Assembly (NCBI GenBank): GCA_965261065.1
Contig: OZ253444.1
Coordinates: 7,414,902-7,478,901 of the forward strand
Length of the DNA stretch: 64,000 nt
Reading direction: 5' to 3'
DNA from: Bryobacterales bacterium
Lineage (GTDB): Bacteria > Acidobacteriota > Terriglobia > Bryobacterales > UBA6623
A program made the position numbers and the translations under genes. Shown one piece after another: positions 54,273-63,718 of the stretch. The notes under the pieces were generated by a model. The model worked only from the letters and a program-made list of their open reading frames with translations. It ran no database searches and was not told the DNA's origin. Numbering within the stretch: the first letter of the stretch is position 1; each line of letters starts with the position of its first letter.

Positions 54273-56651
54273 ATGAAGTCTGCCCGCATCGCTCGGCGAG
54301 GCCTCATCGGTCTTTGTGGTCTCGCTCTTATCCTTGGTCTGGGGATGATCCATGGGTCGGCCCTAGCGGCGAAGAAGGACGTCTCCCCCGTTTGGGATGC
54401 GAAGGTTCAGCCGATCTTCGCCCAATACTGTGTTGGATGCCATGGTCCTGAAACACAAATGGCCGGCTTGCGCCTAGACGATGCTGCAGCGGCGCTTAAA
54501 GGCGGCCTCAACGGGCCGGTGATCATCGCCGAGCAATCTTTGGAAAGTCGGCTCGTACAGCGTGTGTCGTTGCCTCGAACGGACGCGCGGGTCATGCCTC
54601 CTAACGGGAATCCTTTGCCGACCGAGGAACAAATCAGAGTCCTTGTCGAATGGATCGATGGGGGCGCGCTGCTGCCGGCGAGCGAAGTAGAATCGCTTTC
54701 TGAAGCGGAGGAGGCTCCGCAACCTGTGCCGTATTCGGTACTGTCCGGACCGGCTGAGGAGTTGACCTTCGACGAAAAGATCCATCCCTTCCTTCGCCAC
54801 TATTGTTATGACTGCCACGGCAAGAAGAGCCGCGAGGGCGGGCTCGCCATTGAGGACTACGCCGAACAATGGCCTGGCGAGGACCTGCGTGCCTGGCATC
54901 AGCAGTGGGGGAAGGTTGCGCGTTCGATCACCACCGGTGCGATGCCTCATCCAAGGCAGGAGCGGCAGCCTTCCGAAGAAGAACGGCAGCTGTTCGGCCT
55001 GTGGTTCGACAAGGAATTGGAGTCGCGCGTCACGCCCGACTCGTCCCGGCCAAGCAACCCGCGATTGCGGCAAATGACGGCGTTCGAGTACGACAACACG
55101 GTTCGTGAGCTGACGGGACTTGACCTGGGTCTCAGCAGCCTGACGCAGTCCGGCGGTGTGGCCAGTGACGGAGGCTTCCTGAACCAGGGCCGCGAGATGC
55201 AGCTGTCTCCCTCGAAACTCTCACGTTATTTACAGGCGGCGGATCAGGTCGTGGCCCGGGCTGCGATCGATCCGGACGTGGGCATCCGTTTTCATCCCGA
55301 ACCACGACCAGCTCGTTCCAAGCCCCCGAACGCGGCATCGCCGGCCGACTTGCGAACCACCGCCCAGCGGCACCTGTCCGCCTTTGCCGCCCGAGCTTAC
55401 CGCCGTCCTCTGCACGAAGAGGAAATCGCCGGCCTGATGGGCCTTTATGACCAGCAGATGGAGAGCGGCAAGGGCTTTGAGGGTGCCTGCCGGCAGGTGT
55501 TGCAGGGCATTCTTGCCTCGCCTCAGTTTGTTTATTTGGCCGAGGAGCATCGCTGGGCAAGAAAGGAAATCAACTGGGGCGACAAGAAGCGGGAGAAGTC
55601 CGAGGCGACAGCGCTCATGGCCGACCACGAGGTGGCGTCGCGGCTTTCGTATTTCTTGTGGTCTGCTCCGCCTGACGACGAATTGATCCGTTTGGCCATT
55701 GACCGCCGGATGCAAGATTCGGAGGTATTGAAGGCTCAGGTGAAGCGAATGCTGTCAGATCCGAAGGCGGCATCTCTGGCAACACAGTTCGCCGGGTACT
55801 GGCTCAAGTTCAACAAGATCGCGGACCATCTCGACATCAATCGGGAGCGCTTTCCGGAATTCACCGAATCGTTGCAGGGGGCGATGTATGACGAAGTGCA
55901 CCACTTTGTCGAGGAGATCATTCGCCGTGATCTGAGCATCTTGAGTCTTCTAGACGCTGATTTCACGTTTGTGAACGGGGAGCTCGCGGCGCACTACGGA
56001 ATCGATAACGTCAACGGCACCGAGTTTCAGAAAGTGCAATTTGGCGATCGCGACGGGCGCGGCGGCCTGCTGGCTATGGCCGGGATTCTGAGTCTGACTT
56101 CGCATCCTGACCGCCGCAGTGCGGTGGAGCGCGGCGCCTATATCCTTCGGGAGATTCTCGGTACTCCGCCGCTACCGCCGCCAGCCACGGTGGGAAAACT
56201 GGAGGATGTTGCAACCAAAGACGGGCGCCAGTTGAGTCTGGCTGAGTCGATGGAACGGCACCGCCGAGAGACGCGTTGCGCGGGATGCCACCGCCGCATG
56301 GACCCCCTCGGCCTTGCTCTAGAAGAATTCGACGGGATCGGACGCCGCGTGACTCCGGAGTTCGTCAACCCCGAGCTGGCCGCCGATCTGTATGCCCTGC
56401 CGGACGGCACCATCCTGCGAGGACTCGATGAACTCAAGCGCTATCTTCTGGAAGGCCCGCAGCGACGGAAGTTCGTCGATAACTTTTCGAAGCGTCTCAT
56501 GACGTACGCTTTGACCCGCGATCTACAGTCCGGCGACTTCTACACCTTACTCTCGATGCGCCGTGCTCTCGAAGAGAACGGATACCGTTTGTCCGCGGCG
56601 ATCAATACGCTTGTGACAAGCGAGGTGTTCCTTCAGCGGGCGGAAGAATAG
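54273..56651 (+). CDS. DUF1592/DUF1595/DUF1587/DUF1588/DUF1585-type multidomain protein with cytochrome-c-like CxxCH motifs
   Basis: 792 aa. CVGCHG and CYDCHG motifs. ...RLSYFLWSAPPDDEL... and C-terminal ...CAGCHRRMDPLGLALEEFD... are typical of this family. Confidence 0.8.
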   Translation: MKSARIARRGLIGLCGLALILGLGMIHGSALAAKKDVSPVWDAKVQPIFAQYCVGCHGPETQMAGLRLDDAAAALKGGLNGPVIIAEQSLESRLVQRVSLPRTDARVMPPNGNPLPTEEQIRVLVEWIDGGALLPASEVESLSEAEEAPQPVPYSVLSGPAEELTFDEKIHPFLRHYCYDCHGKKSREGGLAIEDYAEQWPGEDLRAWHQQWGKVARSITTGAMPHPRQERQPSEEERQLFGLWFDKELESRVTPDSSRPSNPRLRQMTAFEYDNTVRELTGLDLGLSSLTQSGGVASDGGFLNQGREMQLSPSKLSRYLQAADQVVARAAIDPDVGIRFHPEPRPARSKPPNAASPADLRTTAQRHLSAFAARAYRRPLHEEEIAGLMGLYDQQMESGKGFEGACRQVLQGILASPQFVYLAEEHRWARKEINWGDKKREKSEATALMADHEVASRLSYFLWSAPPDDELIRLAIDRRMQDSEVLKAQVKRMLSDPKAASLATQFAGYWLKFNKIADHLDINRERFPEFTESLQGAMYDEVHHFVEEIIRRDLSILSLLDADFTFVNGELAAHYGIDNVNGTEFQKVQFGDRDGRGGLLAMAGILSLTSHPDRRSAVERGAYILREILGTPPLPPPATVGKLEDVATKDGRQLSLAESMERHRRETRCAGCHRRMDPLGLALEEFDGIGRRVTPEFVNPELAADLYALPDGTILRGLDELKRYLLEGPQRRKFVDNFSKRLMTYALTRDLQSGDFYTLLSMRRALEENGYRLSAAINTLVTSEVFLQRAEE

Positions 56652-56756
56652 CTGTAGGCGGCTGTGGAAGTCGATCGATAGGCCACCCGAAGTCTTGTTC
56701 CGACGAGACCTTTTGCTGTTCGTCCCAGCTTTCTTTGTTGAAGACGCTCCTACGGG

Positions 56757-57902
56757 CTAGTTCTTTGACCGTGTGATAGATGGTCTTTCATAGCCGAGCT
56801 TACGGCGCGCCGTTTTGCGGTCGAATCTCCAGTCGATCTTAACCCGCTCGCGGTTGACTCGACGGTTCCAAGCGGCTGCTTCGCTGCGCAGCTTTGCCAA
56901 ATCCTCGATGCGCCGCTTGCCCAAGCATGGCCTCGAGAACAGTCCGCTCTCGATTTCCGCCTGGTTCAACCAACTGCCGTGCTTCGGCGTGTAGTGCGGA
57001 GTGAAGCGATCCCAAATCTCGCCGCCGAACTGCTCGCCGCACAGGTCCGTCAGCGACTTGCGGCTGTGCGTCGAGAGGTTGTCCATCACCAAGTGGATCG
57101 TCTCCGCTTCGGGGTAGGCCATGGCCACCTCAAACAGCGCCTTGGCAAACGCCACGCCTGAGCGGTCCGGCGTCACGAACGTGAACTGCCGGCCCGCTTT
57201 GGGCTCGACCGCGCAGAAGACATGGGCGGTCCCGCGGCGTTCGTATTCGCTGTCATAACGAGCCTCGCGTCCCGGCCCGGCGGGCGTCGGGGGGCGAACG
57301 TCGGCGTGCAGCGTGACCGGCTTCTCGTCGAGGCAGACGACGGGATGCGCCTGATGATAGGGCCTCTCATATGTTTCCAGCACATCTTCCATGCGCGCGA
57401 TGTACTCGTCAGTCAGCTCCGCCACGCACCACATTTTTTTCCGCCACGGCTGGAGGTCGTGGCGGAGAAGCAAGATGCGGATGGTCTCTCGGCCCACGCG
57501 CGGGAGCAGTCGTCGTTGGACGGCTTCGTGGGCCACCAGCCGTACCGTCCAGCGGGCGCGCCCTCTGGGCGGATCGCTGCAGACCATGGCGATGATGCGC
57601 TGGCGTTGCTGGTTCGAAAGCAAGCTTGCCGCACCGGGCCGCTGCTGGTCGTAGCGCGCACGTTCGAGCCCGCCCTGCTGATAGCGCCGGGCGAGATGAC
57701 GAACCGATTGCCGTGTCATGGGCAGGACTTCGGCGATCGGCGGCGCGCCCATTCCTTCGGCGAGCCGCAGCAAAGCCACCGCGCGCATCGCCACGCGGAC
57801 CTGCTCGATGCCGCTGCCTAGAACCTTCTTCAGCGCCGCTTGATCTTTCTTGGAAACTTTCACACGCAGTGCGGCACGATGCATACCTCCAGCATGCCCC
57901 AA
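56757..57902 (-). CDS. IS630-family transposase (single ORF)
   Basis: 381 aa (likely start MHRAAL.. at 57884). HTH region followed by ...VCLDEKPVTLHA..., ...HLVMDNLSTHS..., ...HYTPKHGSWLNQAEIE.... Confidence 0.88.
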   Translation of the reverse strand: MGHAGGMHRAALRVKVSKKDQAALKKVLGSGIEQVRVAMRAVALLRLAEGMGAPPIAEVLPMTRQSVRHLARRYQQGGLERARYDQQRPGAASLLSNQQRQRIIAMVCSDPPRGRARWTVRLVAHEAVQRRLLPRVGRETIRILLLRHDLQPWRKKMWCVAELTDEYIARMEDVLETYERPYHQAHPVVCLDEKPVTLHADVRPPTPAGPGREARYDSEYERRGTAHVFCAVEPKAGRQFTFVTPDRSGVAFAKALFEVAMAYPEAETIHLVMDNLSTHSRKSLTDLCGEQFGGEIWDRFTPHYTPKHGSWLNQAEIESGLFSRPCLGKRRIEDLAKLRSEAAAWNRRVNRERVKIDWRFDRKTARRKLGYERPSITRSKN

Positions 57903-57955
57903 AACATTTCGATCCGAACATGTTTCTTTGTAAAATATTCAGACGGTCAAGGAAC
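56760..57955 (-). mobile_element. IS630-family insertion sequence no. 1 (about 1196 bp)
   Basis: Inverted termini are GTTCTTTGACCGTGTGATA and the reverse complement GTTCCTTGACCGTCTGAATA. TA is present on both flanks (56758-56759 and 57956-57957). Confidence 0.85.
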
Positions 57956-59295
57956 TAGTTAAGCTTAGGTCTTTCTCGAAACGGAACCTGCCGCGGACGG
58001 TACTCTTCCAGCTTGGCTTGGTCGAGGACCACGCCGAAACCGGGTCCGTCCGGCACACGCAACCGACCCGATTCGTAGGTGAAGACCGGAGTCACCACAT
58101 CGTCTTCGAGATGTCCCGGCCCGATGAGGTCCGAGGCCACCGTGAGTGCCTTCGACGACACACCGAGATGTAGGGCCGCCGCCGTTCCAGGACCGAGTTC
58201 AACGGTACTGCCCAGCAAGACCTGAAGCCTGGCAGCTTCGGCCAACTCGGCTAGCCGCCTGGCGCGGCTGAGGCTCCCCGTTTGGCTCGGAATGATGTTA
58301 AAGACATCAACCGCTTGGTGCCGCACCAGCGCTACTGCAAACTCGTCTGAAAAGTCGCCCACATGTTCGATGATCTTGGTCGGGACCGCCCGACGCACAC
58401 GGGCCAGTGCCAGCGCCGCTTCGTCGGGATTCTCGTTGACGAGATGGGGGCGGTTCTTCGCAATATCCCGTGAAGCTGCCTTCACAGGAGTTTCCACGGC
58501 ATCCACACCCAGTTCCGCCAACTTCCTGATGTTCTCGATGGCTTCCCCCTCATCCCACGTTCCACTGGGATCGACCTTCAAGTACGCCCCGGGACCGGCG
58601 ATCTTCCGGATGGCTGCCACGTTCTCGCTATCGGCGGCGAGATCCGAACCCACTTTCAACTTGAAGGCACGAAACCCCTGGGAAACCTTTTCCTCGATTC
58701 CCTGCTCGTCCAACCTAGAGTGGCGTACATATGCCACCCACGAAACCGGCACGTGCGTTCGATGCCGCCCGCCAAGCAGCCGATAGGCCGGAACCCCCGT
58801 CACTTTCCCTACGAGGTCCAGCAGAGCCATATCGACTGCGGCCCACAACATCCGCCGCAGTTCCACGTGCCAGTGCTGGGGAATCGCCTCGGCCACTTTC
58901 TTACTCAGCCGATGGCGCTCGGAAGCATTGGCTCCCATCAGTTGCTCAGAGAGAAAACGCTCGAACTCACCAACCCCAGGCGCATGCCACGCAGGCTCCA
59001 CGTCGGACAACTCTCCGACTCCCGTGGTGCCGTCGCCGGATATGAATTCGATCAACAGGTAGAGCGACGCTGGCTTGCCCGAGGGATCGGTGCGAGCCAT
59101 GCGAGTCCGATAGATGCGTGGCATCTCGACCGGATGCACACGTATCTCGGCAATATGGAACGAAGATTGAACCCGCCCTTTGGTAGGGGTCTCGCGGTCC
59201 CGGTTGCGACAGGCGGTCATCACCCATGGGCCACCAACGCCAGCTACCGCTCGGCCGAGCAGATTACGTCTTGTCAAGAAGCCCAATCCTAACAC
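57955..59295 (-). CDS. Enolase-superfamily (mandelate racemase/muconate lactonizing enzyme-like) protein with Tat/lipoprotein-type signal
   Basis: ...LTRRNLLGRAVAGVGGPWVMTAC..., then ...GDGTTGVGELSDV..., ...FKLKVG..., ...KVDPSGTWDE.... Provisional GTG start at 59295; the ORF track starts at 59388. Confidence 0.7.
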   Translation of the reverse strand: MLGLGFLTRRNLLGRAVAGVGGPWVMTACRNRDRETPTKGRVQSSFHIAEIRVHPVEMPRIYRTRMARTDPSGKPASLYLLIEFISGDGTTGVGELSDVEPAWHAPGVGEFERFLSEQLMGANASERHRLSKKVAEAIPQHWHVELRRMLWAAVDMALLDLVGKVTGVPAYRLLGGRHRTHVPVSWVAYVRHSRLDEQGIEEKVSQGFRAFKLKVGSDLAADSENVAAIRKIAGPGAYLKVDPSGTWDEGEAIENIRKLAELGVDAVETPVKAASRDIAKNRPHLVNENPDEAALALARVRRAVPTKIIEHVGDFSDEFAVALVRHQAVDVFNIIPSQTGSLSRARRLAELAEAARLQVLLGSTVELGPGTAAALHLGVSSKALTVASDLIGPGHLEDDVVTPVFTYESGRLRVPDGPGFGVVLDQAKLEEYRPRQVPFRERPKLN

Positions 59296-59363
59296 GGGAG
59301 AGCGCCTGGCCCAGGCGGTCCAATAACTCCGCTTCTTTAACTGGGCCGCTAGCCAGTCATAAC

Positions 59364-59373
59364 GGGGGGGGGG
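59364..59373. repeat. G10 homopolymer (C10 on the minus strand) in the divergent intergenic region
   Basis: Counted directly. Lies upstream of the probable start of the enolase-like gene. Confidence 0.9.
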
Positions 59374-59542
59374 CGGGCGAAGCCACATCTCTGAGATGCC
59401 GACGACGCGGGCGTGTGGACAGACTGGTTCAACGCTGCGCCGTCAGTGCGGATTTGAGATCTATGGACGATCGGATACAGGTCCTCGTACAGCCCGCTCA
59501 CGCTAGAATCTTGGGCGCAAGCGTCACCGTCGGGTAGATACT

Positions 59543-59708
59543 GAGAAACGATTTCTCGCTGAACGATGCAGGGTGCAGAGCTTCCTCAACCAGGCACCGA
59601 CTGAACCCAAATGGAGCGCCCTCAGGTGACTAGCGAGGATCTGGGCGGGTAGCGAGTGGGTTCGGTTGTTCCCGCCATCTATTTGAATCGCGCTAGAATC
59701 GGCGTGTC
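59543..59708 (+). promoter_or_regulatory. Conserved 5' module, copy B, directly upstream of the Ser/Thr kinase gene
   Basis: See copy A. TAGAAT at 59694-59699, 9 nt before the TTG start at 59709. Confidence 0.75.
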
Positions 59709-62433
59709 TTGATCGGCCAAACCATCTCGCACTACAAGATCACCGAGAAGCTCGGTGAAGGCGGGATGGGTGTCGTCTATAAGGCCACCGACACCGAACT
59801 CAACCGGCCCGTTGCCCTCAAGTTTCTCGCGCCGCACCCGCTCCAAGATGAAGAAGGCCGCAAGAGGTTCCGGCGCGAAGCGCAGGCGGCTGCGGCGCTC
59901 GACCACCCTAACATCTGCACCGTTTACGAAATCGGTCAGGCCGATGATCAAAGCTTCATCGCCATGGCCTTCCTCGAGGGCCGGCCGCTGAGCAAAAAGA
60001 TTGGCGATGGTCCTCTGAAGCTTCCCGAGGCCCTCTCGATCGCGATCCAAATGGCTGAGGGCTTGGAAGCCGCGCACGAGAAAGGCATTGTCCATCGCGA
60101 CATCAAGCCCGACAACGTGATGTTGATGAAGGGTTCACGCGGGCTCGTGAAGTTGATGGACTTCGGGCTGGCGCAGCTTGCTGAAAGCTCAAAGCTGACC
60201 CGCGAGGGTACGACGTTAGGGACTCCGATCTACATGTCCCCTGAGCAGGCGCTCGGGGAACCGACCGATAGCCGCTCGGATGTCTGGGGACTCGGCGTCG
60301 TTCTCTACGAGATGGTGGCAGGGCGGCCACCGTTCCAAGGCGAGGTCGATCAAGCCGTCATCTATGCCATTGTCAACGAGCAGCACGGACCGCTGACCGC
60401 CCTGCGCACGGGAGTGCCAAAGGAGCTTGAACGGATCGCTGACAAGTGCCTGGCGAAAGATGCCGAGGAGCGCTACCAGCACGTCACCGATCTGCTTGTG
60501 GATCTGCAAGCCTGCCGCCGCGCTCTGGAACCCGGGACACCAAAGTCTGGCGCGAGGGCCACGCCTGTCAATCGAGCGACGCTCGCAGCCGCCGGCGCTG
60601 CGGTGGTTCTAGCGGGTCTGGGCTTAGCTTGGTGGCTCACGCGCTTCTCCCAGCCAGCCCCTCCCCCCCCCCCCCCCCCAATACAAACTGACCCAGATTA
60701 CACGCGACACGGGTTACACCGCCGATCCGGCTCTTTCGCCCGACGGCAAACTGCTGGCTTATGCTTCGGACCGCGACGGCGATGGGAACCTCGATATCTG
60801 GGTGCAGCAACTGACCGGCGGGGGAAATCCGGTCCGCCTGACTCAGCACGAAGCCGACGACTACGAGCCGTCATTCTCGCCCGACGGTAGCCAAATCGTC
60901 TTTATTTACGACCGCGATGATAGCGGGATTTACGTGGTTCCGGCGCTCGGCGGAAGTCCGACACGCATTGGACGTGGCGGGCGAGGGGAGAGGATATCGA
61001 CACCCTGTTTCTCTCCAGATGGGAAGTGGGTCAGTTATTCTCGACTTAGGAAAGATAGCGATTGGCAATACTTCATCCGTATTGAGATCGTCCCGGCTTC
61101 CGGCGGTCCACCGCAGGCCGTGGAGATGGGCCTGCCAATTGCCATGGCACCGATCTGGTCACCCGACGGACAGCATCTGATGTTTATAGGGAGCGAGGAG
61201 CCGCTTGTAAGTGGCAAGCAGATGAACCTCGACTGGTGGCTTGGGCCCGCCGCGGGAGGCGAGCCCGTTCGACTAGGAGCTAGAGGGCTATTCGAAGGAC
61301 GTGGAATCGTACCAGCGAGAACCACCGATGTCTTTTACAGGTATTTCCCGGCTCCTCGCGCTTGGCTAGCTGACGGTAACCGGGTAGTCTTCACTGGGGC
61401 GATCGTTGGTGCGGCCGCCAATCTGTGGCAGGTTCGAATCTCACCCAGCGACGCAAGACTTATCGGTGAGCCCCAGCGGCTCACCTCGGGAACAGGCGAG
61501 GAAGACCCTTCCGCCTCCCATGACGGCCGAATCGCGTTCGTTAACCCAGCGCGCGATGGGGATATCTGGAGCTTGCCGCTCAACGCCAATCGCGCCGAGG
61601 TGCGCGGAGAACCGGAGAGGGTCGTCTCAGGACTGAGCGACGAGCGGCACCCATCGATCTCGGATGATGGGCAAAAGCTTGCCTACGTGTCAGACCGCGC
61701 CGGTAATCTCGATATCTGGCTTCATGACCTGGAAACCGGCGAGGACACGCCTATAACGATCACTCTGGAGAGCGAGCACCGCGGAATGATTTCACCCGAC
61801 GGTTCGATGGTCTCGTTCGTCCGCCAGGAGCAAGACCAAGTCAACCTGTACGTGATGGACCTCGTGGAAAGGAGAGCGAAGCGCTTGGTCGAGGGCGTCG
61901 GCAGCGTGTTTGACTGGATGCCGGGAGGCAAACGAATCCTGTACTACACGCCTCCGCCTATACGCTGGAAGACCGTGGATGCGGAGACAGGTGATCAAGC
62001 CGATGTCGATCTCACACACCCCGAGTACCAACCGGCAGCGCTTCGATTCTCTCCCGATGATGAGTGGCTCGCGTTCACTCTTGCGGTCCAACCCGAATGG
62101 CTGCTCTTCATTTCCCATATCGAGCAGGGCCAACCAACCGCACACGACGGATGGATTCAGATCACCAAGGATTCGGTCGCTAGCCGCTCTTGGTGGTCAC
62201 CCGACGGAAACACACTCTACTTCACGGATCTTCGCGACGGGTTCCGCTGCCTCTATGCCCAGCCTTTGGAGCCTGCAACCAAGAAGCCGCAAGGGTCCCT
62301 GAAGTCAATACAGCACTTCCACGGGCGCGTTCGCCCCGTCGCTGGAGGGACCAGGACCAGCGATCGTCTTTATCTCCGGCTTAGCGAACGCAAAGCCAAC
62401 ATCTGGCTGGCCGAGCCGGTGGCGGCTCAGTAG
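59709..62433 (+). pseudogene. Ser/Thr protein kinase - TM - TolB-like (PD40) beta-propeller gene, frame-shifted in a C17 tract
   Basis: Kinase motifs GEGGMGVVYKA, VHRDIKPDNVML and MDFGLA. TM segment AAAGAAVVLAGLGLAWWL. The +1 frame continues from the tract as QYKLTQITRDTGYTADPALSPDGKLLAYASDRDGDGNLDIWVQQL... into ORF 60802-62433. Confidence 0.85.
60663..60679 (+). repeat. C17 homopolymeric tract inside the kinase-TolB gene
   Basis: Counted directly: CT followed by 17 C, then A. Encodes the poly-Pro linker just after the TM helix. Confidence 0.95.
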
Positions 62434-62476
62434 CGAACAACTGGCGTGAAGGCTCCCCGCGCCGCGAACACAACTA

Positions 62477-63570
62477 TTGACTCCCGCAAATTATTATGAC
62501 ACTTTTTGATAGTTTGGAGCATCTATATATGTATGGGCAACCCCAAAGGTGTGAAGCGGGATTTCAAGGCCCTGGAGAAGCGCCGTTTCGAAGCGATGCG
62601 GCTGCTCGACCAAGGCCACAATCAGTCCGAGACGGCAAGACGGCTGAAAGTCGCTCGCCAAACCGTCAGTGCGTGGCGGCGGCAATACCGCGAGCAGGGT
62701 GCGGCCGGACTCCGCCAGGCCGGGCGCGCCGGACGCAAGCCGCTCCTCGATGCCGCACAACGCGAACGCCTGACGTCGCTGTTGCTGGAAGGCCCGCAAG
62801 CCCACGGCTTCCCCACGCCCCTGTGGAGCTGTCCGCGGGTGGCTCGGCTGATCGGAGACGAGTTCGGGGTCGACTACCACGAAGGCCACGTCTGGAAGAT
62901 CCTGCGAGCGCTCGACTGGAGCCCGCAACGCCCGGTCGGAAAGGCGCGCGAGCGCAACGAAGAGCAGATCCGCACCTGGAAGCGCAAGACCTGGACGCGC
63001 ATTAAAAAAAAGCCCAAAACGAAGGCCGTACGCTCGTCTTCATCGACGAAAGCGGATTGAGTCAGAAGCCGCATCGCTGCCGCACCTGGGCGCCACGCGG
63101 CCAAACACCGGTGCTGCAGTTTAACTTCAATTGGGAGAAGCTTTCCGTCTCGGCGGGGCTGACGCTGCGTAACTTCTACTTTCGGCTCTATCCCGGTGCG
63201 ATCGGCAAAGAGCAAGTGATCGACTTTCTCAAGGCGTTGGTACGTCATATCGATCGGCCGCTGCTGATCGTCTGGGACCGGCTGCCTGCGCACCGTAGCC
63301 GCCTGGTGCAAGAGTTCATCCAACTCTCCGAAGGCCACATCGCAACCGAGTACTTGCCACCCTATGCGCCGGAGTTGAATCCGGTGGAATACATCTGGGC
63401 TTACTGGAAGCAGCACGAGTTGCCGAACGTCTGTCCGAAGGACTACGGCGAGCTGAACGAGCGGGTCCGCAAGGCACTCCGCCGCATGCACCGCAAACCG
63501 CGTTTGATCACGGCCTTCTGGAAACAGTCTTCTCTTTGCTTCGAGTGACGGGATATTATGCGGGACTCAA
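62477..63570 (+). mobile_element. IS630-family insertion sequence no. 2 (about 1094 bp)
   Basis: Inverted termini are TTGACTCCCGCAAATTAT and the reverse complement TTGAGTCCCGCATAATAT. TA is present on both flanks (62475-62476 and 63571-63572). Confidence 0.85.
62533..63548 (+). CDS. IS630-family transposase made from two frames (orfA 62533-63060, orfB to 63548) via a -1 shift at A AAA AAG
   Basis: orfA carries the HTH region. The -1 frame from the A8G run (63004-63012) reads KKAQNEGRTLVFIDESGLSQKPHRCRTWAPRGQTPV..., the canonical continuation of IS630 transposases. Confidence 0.8.
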
Positions 63571-63718
63571 TAAGCCCTTCGAAACGAACCACATAGCCTC
63601 CGTTGGTCGTTAGATGTCGCGAAATCCGGTACCGTCCACCTTTCCGTCGGCCCGCCCTCAGAAGCTCGTCGAAGGGGTAGAACTCCGCTCAGACCAAGGC
63701 GCAGTGTTGTGAACGCAC

